The position numbers were made by a program, and so were the translations under genes. Below the pieces are notes generated by a model, which saw nothing but the letters and a program-made list of their open reading frames with translations, searched no databases and was not told the origin of the DNA. From Marsupella aquatica (taxonomy: Eukaryota; Plantae; Marchantiophyta), in the NCBI GenBank assembly GCA_973895155.1, contig OZ316891.1, positions 17,482,095 to 17,546,094 on the forward strand: 64,000 nucleotides of DNA, given 5' to 3'. This document shows, piece after piece, positions 53,023 through 64,000 of this stretch (its first letter is position 1; each line of letters starts with the position of its first letter).

Positions 53023-53366
53023 TGTTGAGCATAGACGACATTCGCAACGACAAGCCCATGAACCATCCAACGCACAATAGTCGACATAGAGAGATACGTG
53101 GTTCACCTCCACATGAGGCTACGTCCACGGGAACACACCAGAGCTTTACTGCACTCTAGACCGATCGGCCATACCAAGCATCCATAGCGCAAGCTCTCCC
53201 TATCTCTCAACTAACTCCGTAACAATGAGCCTAAGTTCCACCAGGGTCTGGCATCAGCCCTGGCTATATGCACAACAGCACTACCGCTAACATTAGCTAG
53301 GTCCTAACCCGAGTTAGCCTAACTGTGGTTAGCTCATGAGTCACAAGACTAGAGCAATATCTAACA
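53023..53366 (-). repeat. 3' LTR of the Copia element
   Basis: TG...CA ends; polypurine tract at 53367-53377 on the minus strand; near-identical to the solo LTR. Confidence 0.92.
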
Positions 53367-56300
53367 AACTCCCCCTTGACTCTTGTCTTGGGGACTGGAC
53401 TAAATGCTACCATATGGAATCCTCAACGGGAAGTTCTAGACAATTACCAAACCAGGTCTCCCCCTAACAACCACAGGGGTTAACTAAGGGTTAACTAGAA
53501 CTAAGCCGTAGCCAAACAGGAATGAGTAATCCATATACAAATAGTCACACATTGCTAAATAACTCTACTTGTACTACAACTGCAAAACCTACATTCAAAG
53601 TAGCACGGTGTCTTGAGAAACTCTCCAAAGGAATCACTTTGGTAACGGTATCAATGGGATTGAGCTTTCCATCAATATTGACTAGCTCAAAAGTTTTATC
53701 AAACACTGCTTGCCTGATAAAATGGTATCGAATATCAATGTGCTTCACTCTGCTATCCATCACCTGGTTAGCAGCCAAGTGAAGAGCACTTTGACTATCA
53801 CAGTTTAGAGTCATTTTGTCATGCTCTAAACCCATCTCTGCGATCAAGTTATCCAACCAAATTGCTTCCTTTGCTGCTTCTGCTGCTGCAACATACTCTG
53901 CTTCTATAGTAGACTGAGATATACACTTCTTCAAGGTAGATTTCCAACTAATACATCCTCCTCCAAGAGTAAATACAAACCCAATTGTATACCTTCTTGT
54001 ATCCAGACAGCCTCCATAGTCAGAATCTACATAGCCAACTAACGTTCTATCTGACCTGTTATCAAATAGTAATCCATAGTCCTGTGTTCCCTTCAGATAC
54101 CTGAGAATCCACTTCACAACTTCCCAATGTACCTTCCCTGGATTTGACATGAATCTGCTAACCTTACCTATTGCTAGGGCCAAGTCAGGCCTAGTACAAG
54201 TCATCAAATACATCAGACTACCTACTGCCTTCTCATAAGGAATCTTAGCCATCAGACCTTTCTCCACAGCATCCGTAGGAGAAAAAATTGATGATAACTT
54301 GAAATGTGAAGCTAAAGGAATACTCACTGGCTTACAGTTTTCCATGTTGAATTGTGCAAGTACTTTCCTCGCATACTGGCCTTGACTCAAGCACAACTAT
54401 CTAGTTTCAGAGTTCCTAAAAATCTCCATCCCTAAGATCCTCTTGGCCTTACCAAGATCCTTCATCGTGAATTCAACACTCAATTTTGCCTTGAGACTGT
54501 CAACCTCAGATTGATCTTTAGTCACAATCAGCATGTCATTCACATAGATCACCAGAATGATGAAACCAAATACATCATTCTTGACTGATTTTGTATACAC
54601 ACAAGGATCAAATACCATCCTTGTAAAACCTTGAGCAAACATGAAATCATCAAACTGCTTGTTCCACTGTCTGGGAGATTGCTTCAATCCATACAAGGAC
54701 TTGAGCAATGTGCAAACTAAGTTCTCTTGGCCCTTCTTCATAAAGCCTACTGGTTGTCTCATGAAGATCATCTCTTCCAAGTTGCCATAGAGAAAAGCAG
54801 TAACAACATCTATCTGATCCATCACCAGACCAAAAAACATAACAAGTTGACACAAGATCCGAATTGTGAAATACTTAGCCACCGGTGAAAAGACCTCATT
54901 GTAATCCACTCTTTTCTCCTGAGTGAATCCCTTGGCAACGGGCCTTGCCTTGTAGATCTTGTCTCCATCCTCTAAAAGATTGTCCTTCAACTTGTAAATC
55001 CACTTGTTGTCCACCACTTGCTGACCTCTTGGAAGCTCCACCAGCTCCCATGTCTTGTTGTCACTCAAAGATTGCAACTCCCTCTGCATTGTTGCATTCC
55101 ACTCATGCTTCTGCTCTGAAGCACAAGCCTCACTGTACACTAAGCCTTCTTCCAAGATCAAAGCCATGTCATCATCATCAGGTGCAATATCAATATGATC
55201 TAGCTTAGATGAGTCTGCCCATTGACCATACCTGGTAGGAGCTCTAGTAGAATGACTGAAAATTCTTCTAGTAGATGACTCAAGCTGATCTGCTGCTGCT
55301 GCTGGTTGAAGTTGAGGTACCCCAACAACAATCTGCTCCTCTTGTTCCATTACAAGAACCAGCTCCAAGCCCGAAGCTTCTCCATCTCTCCTGTCATGAA
55401 CAACATCCTGACTAATCTCCCCCTCAACCCGGTCTGGGATGGGAGATTTCCCCTTGTCAGTATGGGAGTCCTGAGAACTCTCCCCCTCCTTTGATGATCT
55501 GGATTCATTAAATGACACATCTCTACTAACAATTAACTTACAGGTTACTGGATCCCATAACCTATAACCATTCACACCTTTTTGATAGCCAAGGAAAATG
55601 CACTTCGTCGACTTGGACTCTAGCTTGGATCAAAGCTGGGAAGGTGTAAGCACATAAGCATCACATCCAAAAATCCTCAGATGTGAGTAATCTGTTGGAC
55701 GCCCGTACCTCATTTCAAATGGTGTCTTGAATCCAATAGAACTGGATGGAGAAAAATTTACCAAATAAGCTGCAGTATTGACAGCTTCAGCCCAAACTCA
55801 TGTGGTAAGCATGATTGACTCAACATACTCCTCAAGCGATCCAATAGTTTTTGGTTGAATTCTCAGAAACACCATTATGTTAAGGAGTATAACTTGTTGT
55901 GACATGGCGGGTAATCCCCTGCTCCTTACAATACGTCCAAAATTTCCCGGAACTATATTCATCGTCGTTATTCGATCAAAGATATCTCACCTTATTACCA
56001 GTCTGATTCTCAACTTGGGCTTTCCACTCCTTAAAAGTGGCAAAAACATCAGACTTACTATGTAGAAAGTATATCCACACATACCTTTAATTGAGTAATC
56101 ATCAATGAACGTGACATAGTATAACCGTTCAGAATGCGAGGGAGTAGGGGCTGGACCCCACACATCACTATGTACATACTCAAGTACCTTCTTGCTGGTG
56201 TGAGTTCCAACTCCGAACTCAAGGGTTTGTTGTGCTGCTTCCCAATCACACAATGCTCATAGAATTTCAACTTACAAGATTGCAAATTAGAAAGTAATCC

Positions 56301-56797
56301 TTTCTTCTGAAGAATAACCAAATTTTTTTTACTCATGTGGCCCAAACGGAAGTGCCACAGTCGAGCCGTCTCCTCATGAGATAAGGTTACATTGGCTTCA
56401 TCACAGACTACACTACCCTCCAAAATGTATAGATTGTTATGTCTCTTTCCCTTCAATACAACTTTAGTACCAGTTGAAATCTTAAGGACGCCATTAGCTG
56501 AACTTCACTGATGGCCATTTGCTTCTAAAACTCCAAGTGAAATGAGATTTTTCATCATGCTGGGAATGTCTCACATTTCTCAACGTTCTTACTACACCAT
56601 CAAACATTTGAAATCTTACAGATCCAAGTCCAACTACTTGACATGAGATTCTATTTCCCATCAACACTGACCCGTTGGAAACCGTGTAAGAACTGAAAAA
56701 ATCTCCTAAAGCAAATGTGAAAAGTACATGCACTATCTAGAATCCAATCATCACTACCTGGATTTGACACTACGTTGAGAGCATAACCTTGGCATCA

Positions 56798-57435
56798 GGC
56801 CTCATTCACAATTGGGTGTACCTCGCAGGAACCACTTTCAGGACTCAAAAACATGCTTTTTTAGTGAAAAATGACTTTCGTAACATGGAAAAAGGTTCAT
56901 CATGATTTTATCTCAGGACATTTAAGTCTAATTTTTTCACAAGACTATTTTACATGGTGTAATCTACCTCACCATGTAGATACATCAAGTTTTCAACTAT
57001 TTTAAGGGATCCTATTATTGATGGCCCTAAATAAGCCAAAATTACTGATTATTTTTGTCCTGTACATAAAGGTTTAGTGTGTGTCACTATTTAAGTTTTG
57101 AAATATAAGATTATGCTATTAGTATGCATGCTTTGGTAAAATTTCATTGTCTAAAATGCATTTTTTAGAGTCCTTTTGAGTCCTGAAATGATGTGACCCG
57201 TTGCGTGACAAGTCATTTTATCAATCTTTGAAGGACATATAAGGAAAACTTCAAAGTCTCAAATGCTAAATAGTTTAATGAATGTTACCAACCTATAGGA
57301 TGTTTATTAAGTATAGTACATCAAATTTTCTATATCATCTCATTACACCCTAAAAATGATATCCTAAAGCATAATAAACTATGGTCACTTTTGAGTGTGA
57401 CGTTCCTTTTGGGTCCTCCAATTGTGAATGAGGCC
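56798..57435. mobile_element. 638-bp MITE inside Copia gag-pol; 18-bp perfect TIR GGCCTCATTCACAATTGG, apparent 4-bp TSD ATCA
   Basis: TIRs at 56798-56815 and 57418-57435; ATCA at 56794-56797 and 57436-57439; separates the gag knuckle from the protease motif. Confidence 0.88.
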
Positions 57436-60107
57436 ATCACAATATGTCAGATCATCATCGAGTAAATCTACCTCATGCGAGCTCGATGCCGCGTTAGCAG
57501 ATGCAGTAGGGATCTTTACTCGACAATCCATTTTCATGTGATCAGGCTTGCCACAATTTAAACATGCAAGAGGCTTCCTCTCTTGTGATTTCCCTCTAGA
57601 TTTAGATCTCTTCGGTGATGTAGATCTAAACTTGTTCTGCCCATTCGTGCGCTGCGCTGGTCTTCCTTGGTTCACATTCAGCGCAGTGCTAGAAGAAGAT
57701 GTTGTCTGTGATTGACCCAACTTCTTCTGAGTATCATCAGACAGTAAAGAGCTCACCACCTCATTATACAAAATGGACTTCAGATCTCTGTACAAGAGCA
57801 CTTGTTTCAAGCCTTGATATGACAGCGGTAATGAGCTTAGCAGAAGTAAGACCTTATCCTCATCTTCAACTCCTTTTCCCAGATTTGACAGATCCACCGC
57901 TAGACTGTCAAACTCATCCAGGTGATGCTACAGCTTGCTTCCTTTCTTGAGCTTGAGGCTCATCAAGAGAGACTTCTTATACAATCAATCTGATGCATCT
58001 TCCCGGTAGTACTTCTCTCTAAGAGCCTTGAAGAGTGATGCACAGTCGTCATAATCATCCAGCTTCTTGATGATATGCGGCTTGAGGTAAAGCATCACTG
58101 CATTGACAACAATCACCTGCTCTTGTCTCCACTATTTCTCAAAGATCTCCTCCTGAGCTCCATCATACTGCTCTCGTAAAGAAAGCAGATGAGCTAAGCC
58201 CATGGCTCGTAGAACACCCTTCACTTGCTTCTCCCATAGCAAGTAATCAATATGACCCTCATACTTTTCCAGCTCAAATTTCACTCCTCCAAATCTAGCC
58301 ATCTCCCTCTTCTTCCCCACTACCAATAGCTCTGGTAGTAGTACAGCCTCCTCCACTGCACGCCGCACCGGTGATCGTACCGGTGTCACAAGTTCCTCCT
58401 CAAACGGTAGTAGCTCCTCCTCAGACTCTTCGGTCGTTGCGATCCTGAAGCTCCACTGACGCCAATTCTTCCAATATCCTCCGAGTCACTCATATGAAAC
58501 AATCACGAAAAAAGTCTTTTTTTGAAACTTCTCATAAAACTCAAAACTCAACACCGCCGCGTAGCCCTTGAAGCTAGGAGTCCAATACTGAAAGCCGAAA
58601 TCAAAATTAAAGTTTGACGCAAAAGTTATTCAAATTTTGGTTAGGGTGGGTAAAACCTTGGGATACTCCCTCGTTTTGACCACCTCGGAGAATAACCAAA
58701 ATACCAAGTACAACCCGTAGTTGGAATCGCGATGTGATTGGTGTGCTGCGTTGCCAACTTCAATGGCTACGTCCTTGCCAAAAAAGAACCAAAAAAGTTA
58801 CCGTTCGACGGACAAAATCTTTGTCGGACGGCCAAAAAACAACTCTCTGTTTTTTGGGAATATTCCCGCACAGTCTGACAGGGCTCACAGGGGACCATTC
58901 CCCCTGTCCAAGCGGTTAAAACGGAGGGCGGCAGGTCCTGACACAAAGGGAAAACAAGAGGAAGAAAAAAAAGGTTAAAAATAGGCCATTAAAGGGGGTG
59001 CTAAGCCCATTAAAATAAAAAATACAGGTATAAGACAAAAGGCGCATCCGCATCGCCGCGACGCCAGGCGGGCCAGGGAGTATACGAGTATCAGGCCGAG
59101 CATTTACAAGGGGAGGAATGGGCGAGGAGGGCGTGAGGGCGATCGGCAAGGGGCAAGGTCGGCGCCAGGCAGGGTCGCGTTCGCGAGGCGAGGCGACCGG
59201 GGGTTCGGTGGCAAGTGGGTGCGGGGCCGTTAAGGCATGGCAAGGCCGGCCTTAGGTTACAAGGGCAGGGAGGAGGGCGGGATCGCCCAGGCGAGCATGG
59301 GGGCGTAGGATGGGGCAGTGAGCCCCCGTTCACGGGCTCGCAAAGGGCCGAGGAGGTAAATGCGGCCAGCTGCGGCTGCAAACGCGCCGGTTGGCGCTGC
59401 GGTAAGAAATTGGGGTGTTGGGGGCACAAGAATTGAACACACGGGGTCACGAGGGGGATGGTCGGGTACAAGGTGCGTGTATACACCTCATGTATACACA
59501 AAAGGGGCCCCAAAAAACCCCTTTAAAATGCCAAAAACTCCCCTTGGGAAAGTGAATTAGTTACTCACCTTAAAAGCCGTTGTTTGAAACGAAGAAAGTG
59601 AATGCCGCCAACGGAAAAAAGTTGTCGAATTGCACCGGCACAGTCTGCAACTCCAGCACTGTAAAAGCTTTTCCGCTGTGTTGCCTTCACTCCGCGTCAA
59701 GTGCCAATCCCGGGCTCAAAACGACCACGTTGCCGCGATCAAACCGTTGAGCCGTGGCACTTCGCGTTTCTTCCACCAAGTTGGACGTCCCAAAGAGAAA
59801 CCCGGTTCAAATGTGAACAAGCTCCATCAGTCTATTCATTAAAACTGGAAAATTCTTTGATCTTTTGACATTTAGGCACCAAAAATATATATATTTGGGC
59901 ACAAGAATTGTACATTTGGGCTGTGGGAGTTGTACATTTGGGCACCAGATGTTGTACATTTGGGGGATCAAGATTGTACATAGGAGAAAATGAAATATTA
60001 ATTTGGATTATAAAGAAAAACATTTTGGTGATAATAATATAAAATATATTGGATAAGAAGTAGAACTTACTTACATTGATTCAATTTGACTAATAGAATA
60101 TAAGTGT

Positions 60108-60320
60108 CTAGTAAAGCTTCAATATGATCTCTACCCATATAACTAGTAAAGCTTCAATATGATCTCTACCCATATAACTAGTAAAGCTTCAAATAATATG
60201 ATCTCTACCCATATAACTAGTAAAGCTTCAATATGATCTCTACCCATATAACTAGTAAAGCTTCAAATAATATGATCTCTACCCATATAACTAGTAAAGC
60301 TTGAATATGATCTCTACCCT
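60108..60320. repeat. Minisatellite, 35/39-bp unit x~6
   Basis: CTAGTAAAGCTTCAA(ATAA)TATGATCTCTACCCATATAA at 60108, 60143, 60178, 60217, 60252 and 60291. Confidence 0.92.
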
Positions 60321-60679
60321 TAGCTAGCTAAATTAACCTTCTACTTAGTTACTAATTGAGAGCATTTAATATATTAAATTTGAATGATACCTTGCTTACT
60401 ATCCATTCAGACAAGTAATTTGTTACATTCTAAGCAACTCGAGTTGAAACTAAGGTTTACTACTAGACACTCAGTACTAAGAGGCACTCACATCCTATCA
60501 TGGATATTAAGACTTCATGTAATATATAGTCTGTATTGATATAATAATTAATTAAAGCAATTATAAAGGTATCCAAGTCCAATTACCTCCACCTATTCAA
60601 ACTAGTATCCCAAAATATTATAATAATTAGTTACTTAAATAGATATACTACTTAGTACTAACCAACAGTAAGTACTAAA

Positions 60680-60771
60680 GACATGTCTGATTCCAAACTA
60701 ATTGACATAGACTCCCTCACTCTGACATGTCTAATTCCAAACTAAATGACATAGACTCCCTCACTCTGACA
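60680..60771. repeat. 44-bp tandem duplication
   Basis: GACATGTCT.ATTCCAAACTAA.TGACATAGACTCCCTCACTCT at 60680 and 60724. Confidence 0.85.
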
Positions 60772-60796
60772 GAGTGACTACTAAAAAACATTTGAC

Positions 60797-63700
60797 TTAC
60801 TCAACAATCCCTTCCATGTAGGTTTTGAGTGTTTTCAAAACATTCTTGGGAATGGTCAAACCTCTATCAATTATATTTTTTTCTCTAGAGCGTGACTTGA
60901 ATCCATACATAGCAGAATTAGCAAATTGCCAACGTTCAGTGGCACTGTCAAACCCAGGATCCACCTCCCAGGTCTTAGTGGTCTGAAAGCAACGTGAATA
61001 TCGCACATGATCCGGTGCATCATGCTTACCATGTTTAGGCCTCCACCATTGCACTTGGAACATAGGAGCATACCGTGTACTAGTAGGAGGATTCTCATTG
61101 CATTGCAAGTCTCCTGAAATAACTTCATGGTTTGGGTCCACAACACCCAAAGCTCTCACCAACCAGAAAGGTTCTTTCCCATTCTTCTTTTCCCATTCAT
61201 CCTCTGGACGGAGAAATACAAAGTGACCCTCTTGAATGTCCTGCAGAGGAATCCAACGTGCAAGTTCTCGCTCGTGTCGAGCACCAACAAATGTTGCAGC
61301 TTGATCCTCCATCTCTTCCAGGTACTCATTCTGAAGCTCCATCATTTGTGGATTCTGTGTACTACTACTAGGCTCCCCCAATGGTTCAGAGGTTCCTGTA
61401 CTATTAACCTTGTAACCAGTTCCGTGGTTGGTTTTTGGCCATAATTCATATGTCAATGCTAACTGTATTTCTGCCTCCCCTTCAATTGTAAGCTCTCCAG
61501 ATAATACTTGCACCACCATCTCCCAATATTTCACCAAAGGAAACCGCTCACGATATGCTGTAGAGGTCTCATCCTTACAACTCTTCTTCAAAAACTCAAT
61601 GTAACGATTAAGGAATGAGATAATTTCTTCAACCTTGCCTCGTACATCACCGGAGATGGGTTTTGCAAATGGTTGACCTTCTGGTATAATGAGAGCATTG
61701 GTGCTGGAATTAGTTCTCCAAATATCACCCTATTCATTAAAAGTGTATTTTATTTTGTTCACTTTTAGGCCTCTAAATGTTCACTTTTTGATCTCTAAAT
61801 GTACACTTTTTAAACCCAAAAGGTACACTATGGTATAATACTCTACACCTAAATGATCAATTGTAAACTTGAGGTGACAAAAATGATCTTGACTAGAAGG
61901 AGTCTCATCCTAGTTCATTTACAAAAGATGAACATGGTGGTATATCTAATGGCCATCAACTTTGTTTCTTGCCTATTTGTACACTTTTTGAAGGCCAAAT
62001 GCACACTTTTTATTGCCCAAATGTTCATAAATTGAATAATAATTCACTTTTAATGAATAGATTGATAAATGGACCTTCCGGTTGGAGGGTACCAAGGTTG
62101 TTTCACATGTGCTTTGTATTGATATATTGGAACAATATCTCTCATAGAGAAAAGAAATGTCACTGGTTTTGAGTGACCCATTATGTCTTTTACCTTGAAA
62201 GTTTTCAAAAACTCTTTGTAAGCTGCAACCTCTTGGATCAACCGTGGGACAAGATAAATGCTTTCACACTCCCAAACCTCAGCCATCAACCCCAAGAGGG
62301 TAGAAACCTCCTTGTACTTCACTTGGTTGGATACTTTCAAAAACAATGCATCGACATCCTCATGGGTGTGACCAACCATGAGAAACGATATCTGCACTGT
62401 TTCAAAAACCCCTCTACTAACAAGCTCACTGCAAAATGCCATCACGTACTGGTTTTTGTTATCTTTCCCTGAATTATCCAATTGCAAGGTCAGGTGCCTT
62501 GGCAATGGTTTGAAAGAGGTAGACGTAGCCTTGGAATCAACACCAAATTTGTCTTGGTCATCTTCAGCTCCTTGAAATCTAGCAATTGAGACTTTTTTGG
62601 GTTCTAAGTAACCTACGAGAAATGCTTCAAAGTCCAAAAGAGATTGAAAAATTGGCCTCGTTGCAGCCCAATATAATCCTTCAAGGAGGTCTCCAGATTT
62701 GTCCCCCTTGTAATCCTCCAGATCTCTAAGGCACTTGGCCAATGATGTCACTGTGAAGTCTGCATCTCCCGGCCAAAGCCCAGTGAAACTGAAGTGAGCA
62801 TACACTCCGGGATCCCTTCCATGGGTCAACATCCCAATGAGCGCAATGGGGAGCGGTTGACCACTACCAGACAATGATTTAGGAGTGGAGACCAACCTAG
62901 GGATCCTTGTCTTGGCCTGGTCCATCTTGTCATGTATAATGCAAAGATAGTTCTCAGGATCCTTCTTCGCAAGAACCCTATGAGCATAGTAAACATATCT
63001 CCTAGACATTTGCTCACAAAGATGGCGAGCTCTTCTTTCCTCAATCTCTAAACGCTCTTTCTTTCTTTTCTCCCGCATCAACTGATCTTTGAACTCAGTG
63101 CAAAGTGTACACTTTGCAAATGCACTTCCCTTGTGAAAGTCAAAATTCATGAAGGACTCACTCCAGAGTTTATACATAGTGTTTTCACTCACCTTCACGT
63201 AGCCATCTAATTCCATTTTTGAGTATACGGTCTCCTCCAAAATCTCTTTCTTCGTGAAACAAGATTGGAAGTCTGTACTCAACCGTGTCAGCCCCGTGAG
63301 ACCCTTCATAGGGAAGATGCGGCATGGGTTCTCCGTTTTGGATTAGAATGGACTCCAACAAAGCACGAGCATGCAAGGTGCTTCCCCGTGTCTTGTGTGA
63401 ACCCTTGTTTCCGTGGAATCCAACCGTGCAACCTACTTCATATTGATTTTTGTAATCATAATACTTGGCAGTGCTGAATCCATGCATTTTAATAAATGCA
63501 CCCTTGCAAACAAGTCTACTTCTTACAACGAAATATCCTTTTGTCTCCACTTCCTTCTCCCTACAGCCAAAAAGAGTGAGAATGTGACTGGTTTTGTTGT
63601 CGCTTGACATCCCATGGTATTCCCTCCTTATTGCCTGTAGGTCTTCTCTTGGCATGTTGAGGCAACACTTCAACTTACAACAACCTTCTCTTTGGATGGA

Positions 63701-63961
63701 GTCGATTTCCTCCTCTGTGATTTTCAGTATCGCTTGAGACTCCAAGTGCTTCTTCCTTTTTTCATCTGGGTTGACCTTTGTTCTCTTGATGAAATTATAC
63801 GGGCGCTTCGAAAATTCAGTGTCACCTTTCATATCTACCTCTAGATGATCTTGACCATCAATAATTGGTTTCGGAGAAACCTCTTCAATGAGATCCAGAA
63901 GAAAAATACCCCTTGATATCAGCAGAAGTGAACGGACGGCCCACCTAACAAGACCAGGCAC
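60797..63961 (-). pseudogene. DDD-type transposase (Sola-like), ~940 aa after repairing one +1 frameshift (~63265) and removing the MITE
   Basis: Motifs FAKCTLC, IIHDKMDQAK, LQLDNSGKDNKN and FLMVGHTHEDVD; the three ORF fragments join as ...VEYRLP|SCFTKK... and ...PTGRS|IWRTN... Confidence 0.72.
61724..62066. mobile_element. 343-bp MITE inserted in the transposase ORF; ~22-bp TIR, 4-bp TSD AAAT
   Basis: ATCACCCTATTCATTAAAAGTG ... CACTTTTAATGAATAGATTGAT; AAAT at 61720-61723 and 62067-62070; excision restores tcc-att-tgg (S-I-W) in frame. Confidence 0.9.
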
Positions 63962-64000
63962 TCCTGGGGAGATATTTGGGAAAAATAGAGGGTCAATCGC

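Larger units (their letters stand above)
53023..58389 (-). mobile_element. Degenerate Ty1/Copia LTR retrotransposon (gag-PR-IN-RT-RH, with frameshifts and stops); 5' LTR not found in the window
   Basis: Gag FELEKYEG..Y.LW, zinc knuckle CLNCGKPDHMKMDC, protease WILDSACTFH, LWHFRLGH, VHSDVWGP, RT (KSLYGLKQSPRQW; YVNDML), RNase H (DSDYGG, EAEY, KHIDIRYHFIR); PPT AAGGGGGAGTT next to the LTR. Confidence 0.95.
59826..64000 (-). mobile_element. Putative Sola-like DNA transposon; left terminus inferred at 59826, other end beyond the window
   Basis: ATCAGTCTATTCATTAAAA at 59826 matches the TIR of the MITE at 61724-62066; subterminal TGTACATTTGGG repeats; encloses the transposase ORFs. Confidence 0.5.

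Noticed and set aside
60108-60320. CRISPR-like appearance of ~35-bp repeats
   Set aside because: Units are contiguous with no unique spacers, no cas genes, eukaryotic context
61724-62080. Idea that the MITE is spliced out as an intron to restore the transposase
   Set aside because: The nearby GT donors combined with the AG inside the TIR give out-of-frame joins

Overview
Eukaryotic land-plant nuclear DNA with spliceosomal GT-AG introns. A non-seed plant such as a liverwort or other bryophyte is my guess from gene style; I cannot verify it. Host genes: the 3' part of SRP68 (+), a secreted S-protein-homologue (SPH/S1)-like gene with a decayed tandem copy, an intact VAPYRIN (MSP plus ankyrin repeats; endosymbiosis gene family), two convergent STIG1-family cysteine-rich peptide genes from an inverted duplication, a 12-exon thiosulfate/3-mercaptopyruvate sulfurtransferase (-) and a 5-exon Golgi alpha-mannosidase II (-). 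A truncated intronless cytochrome b5 copy sits upstream of VAPYRIN. Intergenic DNA holds non-autonomous Helitrons, a ~1.4-kb foldback element, several MITEs with readable TIRs/TSDs and many tandem duplications. The last 12 kb is a transposon nest: a solo LTR facing the 3' LTR of a degenerate Ty1/Copia element of the same family, a MITE inside the Copia gag-pol, and a Sola-like DDD transposase gene broken by a MITE that shares the TIR of its putative host element. All calls come from reading the sequence by eye; no searches were run.
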